Source: Fimbriosthenelais zetlandica (Eukaryota). Taken from it: a stretch of DNA of 64,000 nt. The stretch spans positions 34,038,001-34,102,000 of the forward strand of contig OZ365110.1 in assembly GCA_977030845.1 (NCBI GenBank), in the 5' to 3' direction. A program made the translations under genes and the position numbers. Positions 10,696-24,006 of the stretch are shown in pieces; the first letter of the stretch is position 1; every line of letters begins with the position of its first letter. Below the pieces are notes generated by a model. That model was not told where the DNA came from and ran no database searches. It saw only the letters and a program-made list of their open reading frames with translations.

Positions 10696-12417
10696 GGTTT
10701 GTAATGGTGGTGCTATAGTCCAAGCAAACAGGATCTCTTATTGTGTGTTTGCTCAAAGTTATGTCTCTACCTCAGTAGGGCTGATAATAACTGATAACAT
10801 CTTATCTATGTACATATCTACATATCTAAGGTATATGTATGCGTTCACTACTCATACTTCCAATCTACGCTACATTAATTCAAAACAACGAAAAGATTTT
10901 TTTTCCAACTTCAGGAACGTGGGGGAAATTAGATTGAAGTAAAGGCTTTCCATAATTCTATGCATTAAAATATTTTGCCATAAACACTATTTTTTTTGTG
11001 AATGGGATGGTTTGAACCAATTTATTAAGTAGGTCGTCTTAGGTCCAGAGTTCAAACACAGATAGAATATGTGGGTAATTTTGGTGTGGTAGGTGTGGTT
11101 TAGAGGTGACAACCTATGCATGGGTTCGACCTTTCTCCAGTCTAATGGACGACCTTAGAGGTTATAAAATGGGTTTTCTATTTTATTATTATTTCCAATT
11201 CCCAATGGGCCTTAAATGGCACACTATTTTTCTCTTTACATTTTTCAGTTTATTACTTTAAGAAAATACAGCACAAAGTTATATTTACCCACTTTATTTT
11301 CACCAAATACATAACGAAATATAATAGTCCATCGTGACTATGTTATGTTCAGGAGCAACCCAGCGGTTATAAAAATAGTGTTAGTATAAAATAGATCAAT
11401 CTATACAACATATCTTTTAAGAAGAACAACAGTGAGATGGGGAGACATAGATTCACAAATAGCAGACAGTCCTTACCAGCCCTCAATAAGCAGAAATACA
11501 CTTAATGTCCAGCTCACAAGGTATGAAGGCGACGGGCGGAGGAGTGCAAGTGCCCAGGAACTGGACACTGGCGCAGGTCTCTGCACCTGGCCCGCTGCTG
11601 CCCCCTACTGTTTACTCCTCGTCTTATATACCCATATTTTGGCAATATAGGATCATATATTTTGATTATACATATATATATTGGAACAATCGTGGCAACA
11701 CAGCAATTATGTTTGTGAAGGGGACCACACCAAATCATTAATGAAAAAAATAATTAAAAATCGTAAGCACCGAAAAGAGGTGTCTTTAAATCAATAACAA
11801 TGTGAATGAGCGATCAAAATGAATATATACTGACCCTACACCTACTACCAAGCTGCCACAACCATCACCTTCCTGGTCAGTAAATAGTTAATCATAATAT
11901 TACCGGTACTTCTGGTTAAAGAGTGAGCCGATCCCTAACCCATGATTCACCATAGACTAAAATCTAAAGTGGCATCTCCAACCACAACCACTCTTTTCAC
12001 GAACAAATATATTCGTATCAATCAGTCTGATAATGTCGTTGTTACATTGGGATTGTATACGACAGGAAACACATCTTTATTTTAACTCGGTGGCAAGAAA
12101 CTGGTGGAGACAGGTTTATATGTCACAGTGCTAACTGGTGTTTTTTGTGTTTTTTGAATTGAATCTTTATACAGCTTAAGCGGACCGTAGCCAGTGATCT
12201 GGTCGTTTTAAGTGGCCGGGCGCTGTGCCTTATGCGGCTAACTTATGGAAGAATTTGGTGACACTAGTGTACATATTTGCTTTGGTGAACAAGGTTTGGA
12301 AGATTGTAACCACACTTTAGAAACAAGTTGAAATCTGTTCTTTAAATCTACTGATCATCGGACAAAAACACTGGGCACAAATCCTCATTTTAAACTTCAG
12401 AAAATAAACATAAAATA

Positions 12418-12586
12418 CAGTGTTCCTCCCCTAAAGCGACCAACCTGGGACTGACAAGTAATTATAACGAGGTGGTCGCTTAAGCGAATTATCTTAAACA
12501 TACAAGAATGAAAATGGGACAAGACAAACATGGTCTGTTTAAGGGAGTGGTCGGTTTATGTGTTGGTCCGATGAGGGGAAACACTG
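12418..12586. mobile_element. Tc1/mariner-pogo-type MITE
   Basis: TA|CAGTGTTCCTCCCC ... GGGGAAACACTG|TA: imperfect TIR starting with CAG and a TA target duplication. Confidence 0.65.
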
Positions 12587-13815
12587 TATACTATAAAAAT
12601 ATAAGCTGAGAAGGTTCACCAATCGCACTTGCAGCTAATTTATATCTCCCTAGGGCGATATGAGATATATAAATAATTAATGTCTAAGTTAGTAATCTCT
12701 AACGAAGACGTAAAATGGAATGTAATCAATTCACAGCGGTTATTAGGAACTAAGACAATCAAAGTTAGTCCATAATAAACGTTAGTCCATAGAATATATA
12801 TATAACATGAGGCATTAACTAACTACATGGCAATCAGCAGTTTTAGTTACAGAGAATATCCCATAAACCATTAACACATACAGCACAATCACATTATTGT
12901 TAACCTCATATACTTTTGCTCATCTATTCTCATTATAAAGTTAAAGTTGAAGACATGCTTCAAGAAAGAGTAGTTAATAAATTCAGGAGCAAAGTAAGTA
13001 CTGTAAGTTTTTAAGTAGTTAGACCACTGCATCATGGTGCTTGCGTAAAACTTCCTTGTACCATTTTGTCTCTTTGAAACGGCTTCCTTATATAATTATT
13101 ATGTAATATTTACTTCGCCGACACAGATGGACTGGCCACTTGTACTTTTACATAAATGGACATTTTACGAGCATTCGACGGTATTGATAGCGTCCAATAA
13201 CAATACCTAGTATTTAATCAGCCTTTTGAGAGTATGGCATACATGTACATGTATATACTAGGTATTTGACATACTAGGTATTTGACATACCAAGTACCGG
13301 TATTTCCATTGGACTCACGTTTCTCCACGGTACTGGTTATCACAATGTAGAGATATTTACACCAGCTCTAACAGGTTTACTAACAGTAACATGGTCTAAA
13401 ACAGCGACATGGTACAACAATCAGATTACCTCACTCAAAATATACTATAATCTTCATAATCGTGAGTAAAACCTCAGACTTTTAAATGGGGATTCAATGC
13501 GCTGTTGGGTTCACAGACCTAGGCCTACCGGGACATGGTATCTGACATAATTTGGACCTAATTCCCTAATTCAATGGGCAGTAGGATCCCCAAAAAGATT
13601 AATTTCATTTCAAAATCAAGAAATTGCCCGAGAAATAGCATTTTGGTAGAAGAACATCGAACTAAAATAACTTCCATTGAACATTATCAAGTTGTTAAGA
13701 CTACATAGATTTAATCATGATTTCAAGATACTTAAAATCAGGCACTTCACGGACAACTAGCATCCATTGGATGTCAGTAACATATTAAGTAGATTAACAT
13801 TGTGTAGACTGAGTT

Positions 13816-15168
13816 TCACACACCCCTCATGCCTCGACCCAGGAAGTACAGTTCAATATCTTCCAGTGATCTTCCCTTTGTTTCGGGAACATATTTCCAC
13901 ACAAAGACCAGAGCCAAGGTGGTAGAGAGGCCGAAGAGCGAGAAAGCTCCCGACTGTCCGATAGAACTAACAATGGTGGAGAACCCCTTGGTGACGAGGA
14001 ATGAGGTTCCCCAGTTACCCATACAGGCGATTCCCGAGGCTGTGCCTCGGACTTTAACAGGGAAGACTTCAGACATCAATAGAGCCGGGATGGGTCCCCA
14101 GCCTAAAGAGAAGGCAACAATATAGAGGAGAAGCGCAGCAAGGGCCAACCACCCGGCATCATTCTGAAGCTTCCACTTGTAGAATAAACCCAGAGTGAAG
14201 CACGCGATGGCCATACCAGCACCAGACAGTAGAAGTAGAGGCCTCCTACCTGCCCGGTCCATCAAATACACTGACCCTGCAGTGGCTAACACCTGGACTA
14301 AACCAATGGCACTGGTAGCTAGATACCCACTGTTGGTGTATCCAGCACTGTGGAATATATCTACAGTGTAGAACATAATCACGTTAACCCCCGTACACTG
14401 CTGGAACGCCATGATAGCCAGTGATACCTGAAGAGGGCGGAAAACTTCAGGTTTCAAGAATTCAGACCATTCCACGACATCGTTTTTATCAGGGAGTGAT
14501 TCCTCAATGTCTGAGAGTTCATCCTCTACATCCATGGTATTACGTAACCACTGTAAGGCGCTGATGGCCTCCGCTCTCCTACCCCTCATTAACAACCACC
14601 GGGGGGTCTCCGGGGCCCTCCTCAGGAGGATAATGGCCGCCAGTGGAACGATCAAGGCCAGACCTGAGAGGAGCTGCCAGCCGAAGTAAAGCCCCATAGT
14701 GAAGACAACGAGAATACCCACAGTGATACCGAGCTGGATGGCGCTGCCCAGCATACCTCGCATCTCCTTAGTGGACGTCTCAGCGATGTAAACCGTCATT
14801 ACGACCGTAGCGATGCTTGAACCGATACCTTTACTGAGCCGTCCAAGGTACATGTAGCTGAGATCCACACCGCCACGGATGATTGAGATGTAACCAATCA
14901 TCATAAATACACAGCTGATCATCAGGGTTTTTCTGCGGCCATACCTCTCTACCAACCACCCGGCTATAGGGCAGCCTATCAGACCGCCCAGTGTGAGGAG
15001 TGAACCCAGCCAGGAGGCTTCATCAGCTGTTACTATACCCTGACTCTCCATGTCAGGCAGGGCGGGGGATGTATAACCGATACAATAACCAAACGCCAAG
15101 GCTACCAGGATGGCAGCCCCGGCCGCCTGTAACATGTTATTGTTACCACTCATCTTACGTCGGTACAT
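13816..15168 (-). CDS. MFS sugar porter, Tret1/GLUT8 (SLC2A8/SLC2A6)-like; intronless CDS
   Basis: 450-aa ORF with about 12 hydrophobic segments. Sugar-porter motifs: ERYGRR, YIAE, RGMLGS, PETPRWL, QQCTGVN..FY, DRAGRR, GWGPIP..LMSEVFP, VPETKGRSLEDIE. A splice acceptor lies just upstream of the ATG (about 15182), implying a 5'UTR intron. Confidence 0.93.
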   Translation of the reverse strand: MYRRKMSGNNNMLQAAGAAILVALAFGYCIGYTSPALPDMESQGIVTADEASWLGSLLTLGGLIGCPIAGWLVERYGRRKTLMISCVFMMIGYISIIRGGVDLSYMYLGRLSKGIGSSIATVVMTVYIAETSTKEMRGMLGSAIQLGITVGILVVFTMGLYFGWQLLSGLALIVPLAAIILLRRAPETPRWLLMRGRRAEAISALQWLRNTMDVEDELSDIEESLPDKNDVVEWSEFLKPEVFRPLQVSLAIMAFQQCTGVNVIMFYTVDIFHSAGYTNSGYLATSAIGLVQVLATAGSVYLMDRAGRRPLLLLSGAGMAIACFTLGLFYKWKLQNDAGWLALAALLLYIVAFSLGWGPIPALLMSEVFPVKVRGTASGIACMGNWGTSFLVTKGFSTIVSSIGQSGAFSLFGLSTTLALVFVWKYVPETKGRSLEDIELYFLGRGMRGV

Positions 15169-16207
15169 GCCGTGTCTTCACCTGAAATAAACCAATAACT
15201 CATTAATTCATTGTACCAAAAGAATTTTCAATGAGCTTTACTTGTTCAAATTTATAGTGGCAAATGTACGATGCCTACTGAATTCAAGTTGGATTCTATT
15301 AAAGACACTTCAATTTATTATTGCATGGACTGTTTCTGATTGTGTCAAACTAATTTTCAATTTGGTGGAAGGATATTTTGACACAAAAACTGTGGTGGGT
15401 GTAGCCTGCGTAGCTGGCCCATTTCACATAGCGGGACCCGAGGCGAATATTTCATCGAGGGTGGGGGCATCCCCCTCCCCCAGCCCCGTTTTTAGATACT
15501 CAGCTATCGAAAAATATGTAGGTCACTGGAGCTCTTTTACAGGTCTACACCTTTGCTGGTCATTTTTTTTTTTACTAGAAACTATAAAAAACTATTTATA
15601 AATCTCTAAATCAAATATTATAATGACAACGAATTGTCTAACATGCAGGTCAGCTATAGGCCTAATACTATAGTACTAGATCATACTGCATAGATCTGAT
15701 CTATTGTAATACTATAAGTTTGAACTTTCCCAAAAGATTGTCGGTGTTCTATATGACCAAATTACAAAGAGAAAGATGGACTAAATCAGAGAAGCGTGAC
15801 TGAGTGTAGACGAGTCACGGGCCCTCGTCCCTATCGCAGACCTCTTCTGGGCGCTCGTCCCTCCTCCAGACCTCTTGGCCTGGATCATTAGGGATGTTCC
15901 CTGAAACTATATTTTTCTTTATTCTTTCTTTGTATTTTTCATGTACATTAAAATCGTATGCTGTATAAATATGTTTAATAAAAAAAAAGACTTGGGCAAG
16001 TCTATACAGAGAGGTGACCTGATGTACAGGTCGCCGGTAGTGTGCACACTCAGCAGTTCATGGGGTCAGGTCAGAACTACCTGAGGAGGCGGGGCCGAGG
16101 TGATTGGGTTCCCCTAATATATAAGGCTAATTAGGTTAATTACCTTGCGGGTTCAAGGCTATCCATAAAAGAGTTCGTGCATTGGGGGCGGGGTGGGTGC
16201 AGGTTTT

Positions 16208-16293
16208 TGTCACGCATTTTTTGTTCATTTTGAACACCATGTGCACCCCACCCCTGTGCTGGGTGTTCAAGATGACCAAAAAAATGTGTGACA
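16208..16293. other. Imperfect hairpin, arms of about 32 bp
   Basis: TGTCACGCATTTTTTGTTCATTTTGAACACC pairs with GGTGTTCAAGATGACCAAAAAAATGTGTGACA. Confidence 0.7.
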
Positions 16294-17117
16294 TCCTCTT
16301 TAGTCTTTCTAGGCTAGTCTATGAATAGTATGATAAAGGGATTTTTTAGTCATTTTCCAACAAAATGTTTCATCATATTAAAACACTCCCCCAACAAATT
16401 CGAATTGCAACTATCTCAAGTTATTGATCAATGCAAAGAACTGGGATGGGCTAACCCAAAGGCAAGTCGTGTCATAACTAGCCTTTTAGTTTAGCCCCAG
16501 TCCCAGATATGAAAAAAAAATGAGATCAAGTTGGACAACTTGACTCTTGAGTTTCATAATTGATAAACACCCTCGGTTAACATTCAAAAGTAAAATCATA
16601 CAGCAACGCTTTCCCACAGATATTGACAACCTTTGTTTTCCCAGTGCACTCCCGCTTAAAATGATATTAAAGGGTTTTATGATGAGAGAGGGAAATAAAA
16701 CTCACCAGTGTGCAGATTGGATCGTCAGAATGCTGGAAACCGGAACCACGAACACAAAACAAACTTTCTTATCTCCCACCGGAGAGTTCTGATAGGCCAT
16801 TCTACTACAGATGGAGGGGGAGGTCGTTAATCCTGAAAACAAATCAATCAAACGGAACTAAAATCACAATTGAGTCCATTAAATTAGATTATATCATATA
16901 TAACCCGATCTATCTTTCTGATGTGTAGTTTTTAGTGGAATTACCTTCGTCAGTATTACTGAGAGGAAGTAGAACCACCCCTTGGAACTTTGTTAGGTAG
17001 GCCCGCCCAGGTAGGAAGGTCAAGGTCGGCAAGGAAGGCGGGGACGTCCCACATGGGGGCCGGTTTTTGACTGATTTCTCTGTTTTGAAAGTAAATACAA
17101 CTCCCACAAATTCCAAA

Positions 17118-19716
17118 ATGAATCATCTCCGTTCATTTAGCATGTCTGCAGGACTGGGTGAGTATAGGATTTCTGTAAATTACTTTAAAAGTTTGTGTGA
17201 CTGTGTTTGCCATCGTGCTCCAGTCTCCAGGCCAGGATCGAGCCGGGCCCGGGGCAGGGACCCCATCCCGTGACTGTCACTGGATCAAGGATCAAAGTTG
17301 TGTAACTGTTACTATATTATATGATAAGGTTTACACATACTGTACACAGTAAAACCGCATAGTGAACATCTCTGTCATTATTAAGAAACACTTGGAAGTT
17401 ATATACATTCTCAGAGTCTCAAGGCCAAGTTTAGCCTTTAGGTACGGTACCGGTAATATTAATACTAATAGGTGTTGACAACTGTTGCTCCTGTTAATGT
17501 TATTGAATGACAGTGTTGGCGCTAGTATTTTTGAGTACCGGTATGTGGTCCTTTAGATTTTTGTTGTTGTCCTGTAGTGGGTATGTATGTAGGAGGGTTA
17601 TTTTGGTGATATGGATGGCAGTACCGGTACCATCATAAAAGCCCCTATAAATTATATCTAATTTATTTGACACATTTTATGATGCAAGTGTATACAGGCT
17701 TACAGGGGCCTGTTTCAAAACGAATATTAGCCATGGACTTAGTATTGCTAATATTCCTTTTGAAACAGGGCCCAGCTTTTTTACTGAAATAAACGTAACG
17801 GCAACCCTAGACATTATCTTCACAATGTGACTCGTAGATGCTTTGAAGTATTTGTAATTCACTTAAAAAAATATTTATGAACATTCTTGAATATGATTGA
17901 TATCCACAATTATAAGATATTTTCATTCAATATCGAGTCTTGCTCAGCTGTTATGATTGCTTACCGGTATTTAATTTTTAATTTTATTTCAGCACGTCGC
18001 TGCTGTTCCAGTAAGAGCGTCTTGAGGCATATTTCCACCATACCGAGGAGTCCTGACGTCAAAGAGTATGATTACGTCATCGTGGGTGCGGGGTCCGCCG
18101 GATGCATCCTGGCTAACCGTCTGTCTGCAGACCCTAATAACAAGGTCCTAGTACTAGAAGCGGGACCGCCGGACAAAACCTGGAAGATCCACATGCCGGC
18201 GGCTCTCATGTATACGTTATTTGACCCCACGTATAACTACTGTTACTGGACTGAGCCTCAGCAGAACCTGGATGGACGGAGGCTGTACTGGCCTCGCGCG
18301 CGTGTCTGGGGTGGATGCTCATCACATAATGCTATGGTTTATATCCGCGGGCATGCGTTAGACTATGACGGCTGGGAAGCGGCTGGAGCCAAGGGCTGGT
18401 CTTACGCCGATATCTTACCTTACTTCAAAAAAAGCCAGACACATGAGCTTGGTGAAGATGAATATAGGGGAGGGGATGGACCTACACTGGTCAGTCGAGG
18501 TCAAGGTGAAAATCCACTACATCAGTGCTTCCTGGACGCTGGTCAACAGGCAGGGTATCCCTTCACTGATGACTTGAATGGATACCAGCAGGAAGGGTTT
18601 GGATGGATGGACAGAACGATATGGCAAGGCAGGCGATCCAACGCCTCCAACTCCTACCTGCGACCAGCTCTATACCGCGATAATCTAGATATAGAATCCA
18701 TGGCTTCAGTCCGTAAAGTCATACTAGAAGGGAAGAGAGCCAAGGGTGTGGAGTACAAACAGGGGGGTATCCTGAGGGAGGTGAGAGCAGGGAAGGAGGT
18801 GATACTCAGTGGGGGAGCTATAAATAGCCCTCAGTTACTCATGTTATCCGGTATAGGACCAGCTGACCACCTTAGACACCATGAGATTCCGGTCATTCAG
18901 GATCTACCAGGTATAGGTGAGAATCTACAGGATCATCTAGAGGTGTATGTACAACATCAATGTAAGCAGCCTATTACTCTGTACTCTTACCAGTGGAGGT
19001 TCCCCATCACCATGGTAAAGACGGGTATAGAGTGGTTCCTCAGTAAGACGGGCCCGGCCGCGTCCACCCATGTAGATACGGGCGCTTTTATCCGGTCTAA
19101 ACCTGGTATTAAACACCCTGATATACAGTATCATTTCCTCCCGTCAGTGGTCATCAACCATGGAGCCGGGCTCGGGGACTGCCACGCCTTCCAGGTTCAT
19201 GTGGGAACCATGCGGGCACACTCCCGCGGGACCATCAAACTGAAGAATAAAGACCCCGAAGAGTACCCACTGATCGACGCCAACTACCTTAGTGATCAAC
19301 GCGACGTGGAGGATTTCAGATCCAGTGTACGCTTAACCAAAGAAATATTCGCACAGAAAGGTTTTGATGAGTTTAGAGGGGATGAGATACAACCAGGGGT
19401 AGATTGTACATCAGATGGTCAGTTAGACGCGTTTGTTAGAGCTAGAGGTGAGAGCGCCTACCATCCGTCCTGTACGGCTAAGATGGGGTTAGAGACGGAC
19501 CGCATGGCCGTGTTAGACCCGCAGTGTAAGGTGTACGGTGTGGACGGGTTGAGGGTAGTAGACGCTTCTATAATGCCGCGTGTGGTCAGTGGTAATCTAA
19601 ACGGTCCAGTACTCATGTTAGCTGAAAAAGCAGCAGATATGATACTAGGTAAAACTCCTCTACCTAAATCAACGGCTGCGGTATATCAGCCTAAAACAAT
19701 AGACACACAAAGATAA
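17118..19716 (+). CDS. CHDH: Choline dehydrogenase, mitochondrial (GMC oxidoreductase)
   Basis: Exons 17118-17157 and 17993-19716 join in phase 1 to give a transit-peptide-like MNHLRSFSMSAGLARRCCSS. Motifs: YDYVIVGAGSAGC (FAD), LEAG, WPRARVWGGCSSHNAMVYIRG, GENLQDH, YHPSCTAKMG, LRVVDASIMP..SGNLNGP..MLAEKAADMI. Confidence 0.95.
17706..17773. mobile_element. Roughly 70-bp palindromic miniature element; second copy at 49508-49577
   Basis: GGGCCTGTTTCAAAACGAATATTAGC ... GCTAATATTCCTTTTGAAACAGGGCCC forms a hairpin, and a related sequence recurs 32 kb away. Confidence 0.6.
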
Positions 19717-19911
19717 ACTATAACTCTACCTAAATTAGCTGCTGTATACCAACCTAAAATAGACACACAAAGATAAATTAAAACTCCTCTAACTCCTAAA
19801 ATAGCTACTGTATATTAATGTAAATCATTAGACACACAAAGATAAACTATAATCCATCTACCTAAATCAGCTACTGTATATCAACCTAAATCATTAGACA
19901 CACAAAGATAA
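19655..19911 (+). repeat. Four tandem copies (60-69 bp) of the CHDH terminal codons plus stop
   Basis: TAGACACACAAAGATAA ends at 19716 (true stop), 19776, 19845 and 19911. Each copy is preceded by a variant of CTACCTAAATCAxCxGCTGTATATCAxCCTAAA. Confidence 0.9.
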
Positions 19912-22012
19912 AGTTATTACGCCTTTATGGCAGACCATTCAGGGACCAAAGAACTTCTCAGATAAGAGACTTACAACAGGGTTCAAGATTTCAGGTAGTT
20001 GTCTCAAGTCAGGGTTTTTGTGGACATTTCTACTGGTTTTTTTAAAATAGATATTTCAGAAAAGTATTCCTTATTCTCAACAACTTACCTTCTGTATCCG
20101 ATTCACGTGCGAACAGTCAACTAAGTTCATTTTATGGGTCACCAGAGTTGCATCCCTATTCATATTCCATGTACATGGGTATAGTCATAATTATAGTGCA
20201 ACCACCCATAACGCTCATTGTTACTAGTATTAATTATATCATTAACATATAATTAACCTGACACTAATTATGTTCATTACCTATGCTGGTATAATGTTCT
20301 ATGGGTTTTTGTCATACATGTAACAAACTATATGAAGCGAGTCCAAATCAGTACTAATAATTTGGTATGTTTTTTTTAATGTATTACCTAATTTCATTGT
20401 AATACATATTCCATGATTTGTGAATTGTAATTCAGCTATTTATTGATATTCTGTATGGTTCTAGTATAGTCTAGATAAAAGTGAATTTCATCATCTTATC
20501 TGTGCCTTTGATTGCCAGAATTATATTCCAGATTGCTATAGTGCTTTAGAGCACGTTAAGTAACGTATGCATGAATGATTTGACCGACGAATGTTACGTA
20601 TATTTGAACGGAGTTATGCACGTTTAATTTCAGCACACTTCTGATAAATTTGCACTACTTTTAGATTAGTTTACCACTTTGAATCAGACGCAAAGCATTT
20701 CTTGGAATATCGAATTTAATTTGAGGTACCGCTATAAAAAGAATATTCGCCTAAAAGGCTGGTATATTTAATCGCGTATTAAAGCTAGATTTTGGGAAAG
20801 TAGAAGCGAATATTGCCCAAATGATTGTGCAGTTAGAATATGAACATTACAAGGTATTTTCATTTTGTACATGGGTCTTCTATATCCTTGTAGGAGAGAT
20901 TTATCAAGGAAATATTTTACATGAAGCAAGACTTAAAAAGTTAATAAACAGCATTGAAAACGTAGCCAAATGTGTGTAGGATGTGTTGCTTTCATAGTGA
21001 GCAAGTTAAGTAGTGATACATGTACCAGGAATTCTACCTTAAGCTTGTCCAAGATGGAATCTCTAACACTTGCCTTCATCACGATCATTTCCCCATTATC
21101 TGTTATATCCAAATTGTGTTGCACATAATAATCTTGAAATAAAAATTTAATATCTTTCGTTCTGTGGTGGTAATCTTTTAACAGTACTTTTTTACTTGTA
21201 AATTAAATATTTTGGGGAGGTTTTAATTATACCATATGGAAAATACAAGTAAAATATTTTCGTATTTCATATTCTTTATTCAATATCTCCAACAGTCCAT
21301 GCAGACTGAGTAAGTGTGTCAAGAGCTATATCGACAGCTATATAAGGAGTCCTCAAAGCCCCCTCCTTATTTTATTGGTTGTAGGGCTATGTTCCTAAAA
21401 TATTCTGACCCCCTGAAACTAAGGAATAAGTAAAGGAAATCTTTGCTCTAAAACCCTAAAGTCTTCAGCTGAACTTTGCTCAAATGTGAACCAATACAAT
21501 GTTAGTGAGAATCAATCAAAAGAAAATTTTTTACGTCTTGCAAAGGGAGATGAAATTTGTGACTATTTGTAATTTTGTTCCTGATATTTACAACTATAAT
21601 ATGAAGTATAAAATACGTCACGTTCAGGCAGTAATTTGAGGTTTTCTGAATGTTATATCAGTCCATTATTTAGTGAGGGGGTGGGAGGGGGTGTTAGTGA
21701 GATGTACAGGTTAGATTGTAGCCATCAGTAGGTATACATGTATATAAAGTAGTTAAGAGATTTTCCTCTTTTGAGATCCAACAGACAACAAAGTGCTCCA
21801 ATAGGCACTGTATACAGCTCTGTACATGGGCTGGGGGGGGGGGATCAGGGCTTTTCACCATATTTTCTGCCCATTTGTTTTTGCCATGAACTCACACATG
21901 TTAAGAAGTACCTCCCTATTTTCATGTTTATGCCCCATCCCCTTTCCCGACAAAAAAAGAACAATTCCGACAATTGGTCTATACCCTGCAAAACACAAAG
22001 TCCATATATGTA

Positions 22013-22296
22013 CAGTAAAACCGCCATGAATGAACACTTCTGATTAAGGAATACCTCTGAACAATAAACACCTTTCCATAGTTCTGGAGGTGTCGTATAC
22101 GGCTCCCTCTGATTAGGGGATAGAAGTCTTTTCTACTTCTATGGATTATGGACAGAGAGGGAACACCTCCATATAGTGAACACTTTCTCACAGTCCCAAG
22201 TTCTTGAGGTGTTGTATACGGCTTCCTCTGATTAATGAACACCTCCATATAGTTTTTATCAGTTCTCTAAGCGTTCATTATAGCGATGTTTGACTG
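22013..22296. mobile_element. pogo/Tigger-like MITE carrying internal duplicated subunits
   Basis: TA|CAGTAAAACCGCC...AATGAAC and GTTCATTATAGCGATGTTTGACTG|TA. The interior is shared with 4665-4830 and 35660-35800. Confidence 0.6.
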
Positions 22297-22448
22297 TAGA
22301 TATTTGGACCTGTCCACTCTATTCAGAACCTTGAGACCTTCATTGACTCACGGTTTACATTTCTCTTGACCATAGCAATCCTTTTTAAATCAGTGTTTCT
22401 GACCATCATGACAAGTATTGAGATTATATACAATGAGAATACACAATT

Positions 22449-22744
22449 CAGTAGAGTCTCACTAAATGACCACCTCATTTAAACGACCACTAAACGCTCA
22501 GAACCAACACCACAAACACATACCGGTACTCAGTAAAGGACCATCTCACTCTCTGACCACTAAACGCTCAGAACCAACACCACAAACACATACCGGTACT
22601 CAGTAAAGGACCATCTCACTCTCTGACCACTAAACGGTCAGAACCAACACCACTAAGACATACGGGTACTCTCTAAATCGACCTTTCCACTATATACGGC
22701 CACAATTCAGTCCCAGGTTTAGTCGCTTTATTGAGACTCTACTG
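22449..22744. mobile_element. pogo/Tigger-like MITE with an internal 70-bp tandem repeat (about 2.7 copies)
   Basis: 18-bp TIR CAGTAGAGTCTCA(C/A)TAAA with one mismatch, TA on the right flank. GACCACTAAACG starts at 22485, 22555 and 22625. Confidence 0.8.
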
Positions 22745-24006
22745 TAGATCTTCATGTAATTACAGGTTTTTATCAGGACGCGTTTCCCTCCGTACTTTTC
22801 TACCTACAGGGAAATATTTGACATTTTCACATGGTTTTATTTTTACATTGACAACATTGACAGGCGGAAATGTCTATAGAAGTAATAGCAACAACAACAT
22901 TATCCCACTCAACAGCAGCTCGGTGAAAAATAAAATTTAAATCTACTTTAAATTTAAAAATATAACTTTAAAATGTCTATCTAAGCAAATGGCGCTTTAC
23001 AAGAAAAAGTTGGGATGGAATGACAGAATGAATTAATAAAAAGTCTATCACAATTGTTCTGCAGAAGAATTTACATTATGAGTATAAGGGTTGAAAAGTT
23101 AACAATAAGAAAACTTTGAGAAGATTTTTTAAAAATAATTTTAAATCTTCCAAAGGTTTCTTAATAAGGGCTTAAGAGAATACCCTGGTTTTAAGATAAG
23201 ATTTTGACCAACTTTCATCAAACCTTTGTGATTTAAGCACGATTTCTATGGAAGCAAACAAGCTAAAATTCTACGAAAAAAAAATATTTCTTTCATCTAC
23301 ATTTTGAGCAATGATACACCAATAGGTTACTTAGGGCCTTCATTCCATTTTCCTATTATAATCATTGTGACTGGATTCGCCCTAAAATGGATTCTAAATA
23401 TGCCTGATATAGACTAAAATGTTTTAGGGGAAAAGTGAGCATGTAGGACAACTTGTAGGGCAACTAAACATTCCATGTTCACCAAATGTAATTTAGTTTC
23501 AATAATATATGTAAAACTTGGGTGCTTAATACTCTATATAATCAGCCATTCTTGTAGATTTTATCAAACTATAAAAAGTTTTCTTCACTTCACATCACTT
23601 TAACTCTTGAATAGTTCTTCGAGAGACCAACACATAACATTTTTCCATAATTGTGTTAAAAATCCGGTAAAAATTAATTCGGAAAAATTCAAGATTTTTC
23701 AAAGTAAATCTTTTGTATCTCAAATATCTTTTCAGAGACCAACACTTCCAATAAGCACATCCAAAATAAATAATTTTCTCTCGATTCTCATCCAAATTAA
23801 AATAATAAAATGTCACAGATTCCAAAATGGCGGACATGTAACACCTAGCGGTGGAATATTAACAATGCGGGGGTCTGGAGGTGGCATCATGGATTACCGT
23901 GTAGAGATTATGACAGGGGGGTTAGTAAGCAGCTAAGGAGAGATTATGTGATTATAAGATATTTACAGTATATTTTCCTCACTAGAATAACCAGGCGTAA
24001 TTACTA

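Noticed and set aside
10475-10942. 155-aa plus-strand ORF
   Set aside because: It overlaps the signal-peptide exon of the minus-strand membrane-protein gene and has no domain features or splice support.
11477-11600. GC-rich exon read as a coding exon with in-frame TGA (selenocysteine) into the membrane protein
   Set aside because: A proper ATG and signal-peptide exon exists at 10695-10592, so this exon is more simply 5'UTR. No SECIS evidence was seen.
17887-17992. N-terminal extension of the 609-aa CHDH ORF
   Set aside because: AT-rich intronic sequence ending in a strong acceptor at 17991-2. The real start is the upstream exon at 17118.
20400-21300. Possible decayed transposon coding sequence
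   Set aside because: Manual translation of the minus-strand frames gave multiple stops and no motif I could identify. A tblastn/Dfam search is needed.
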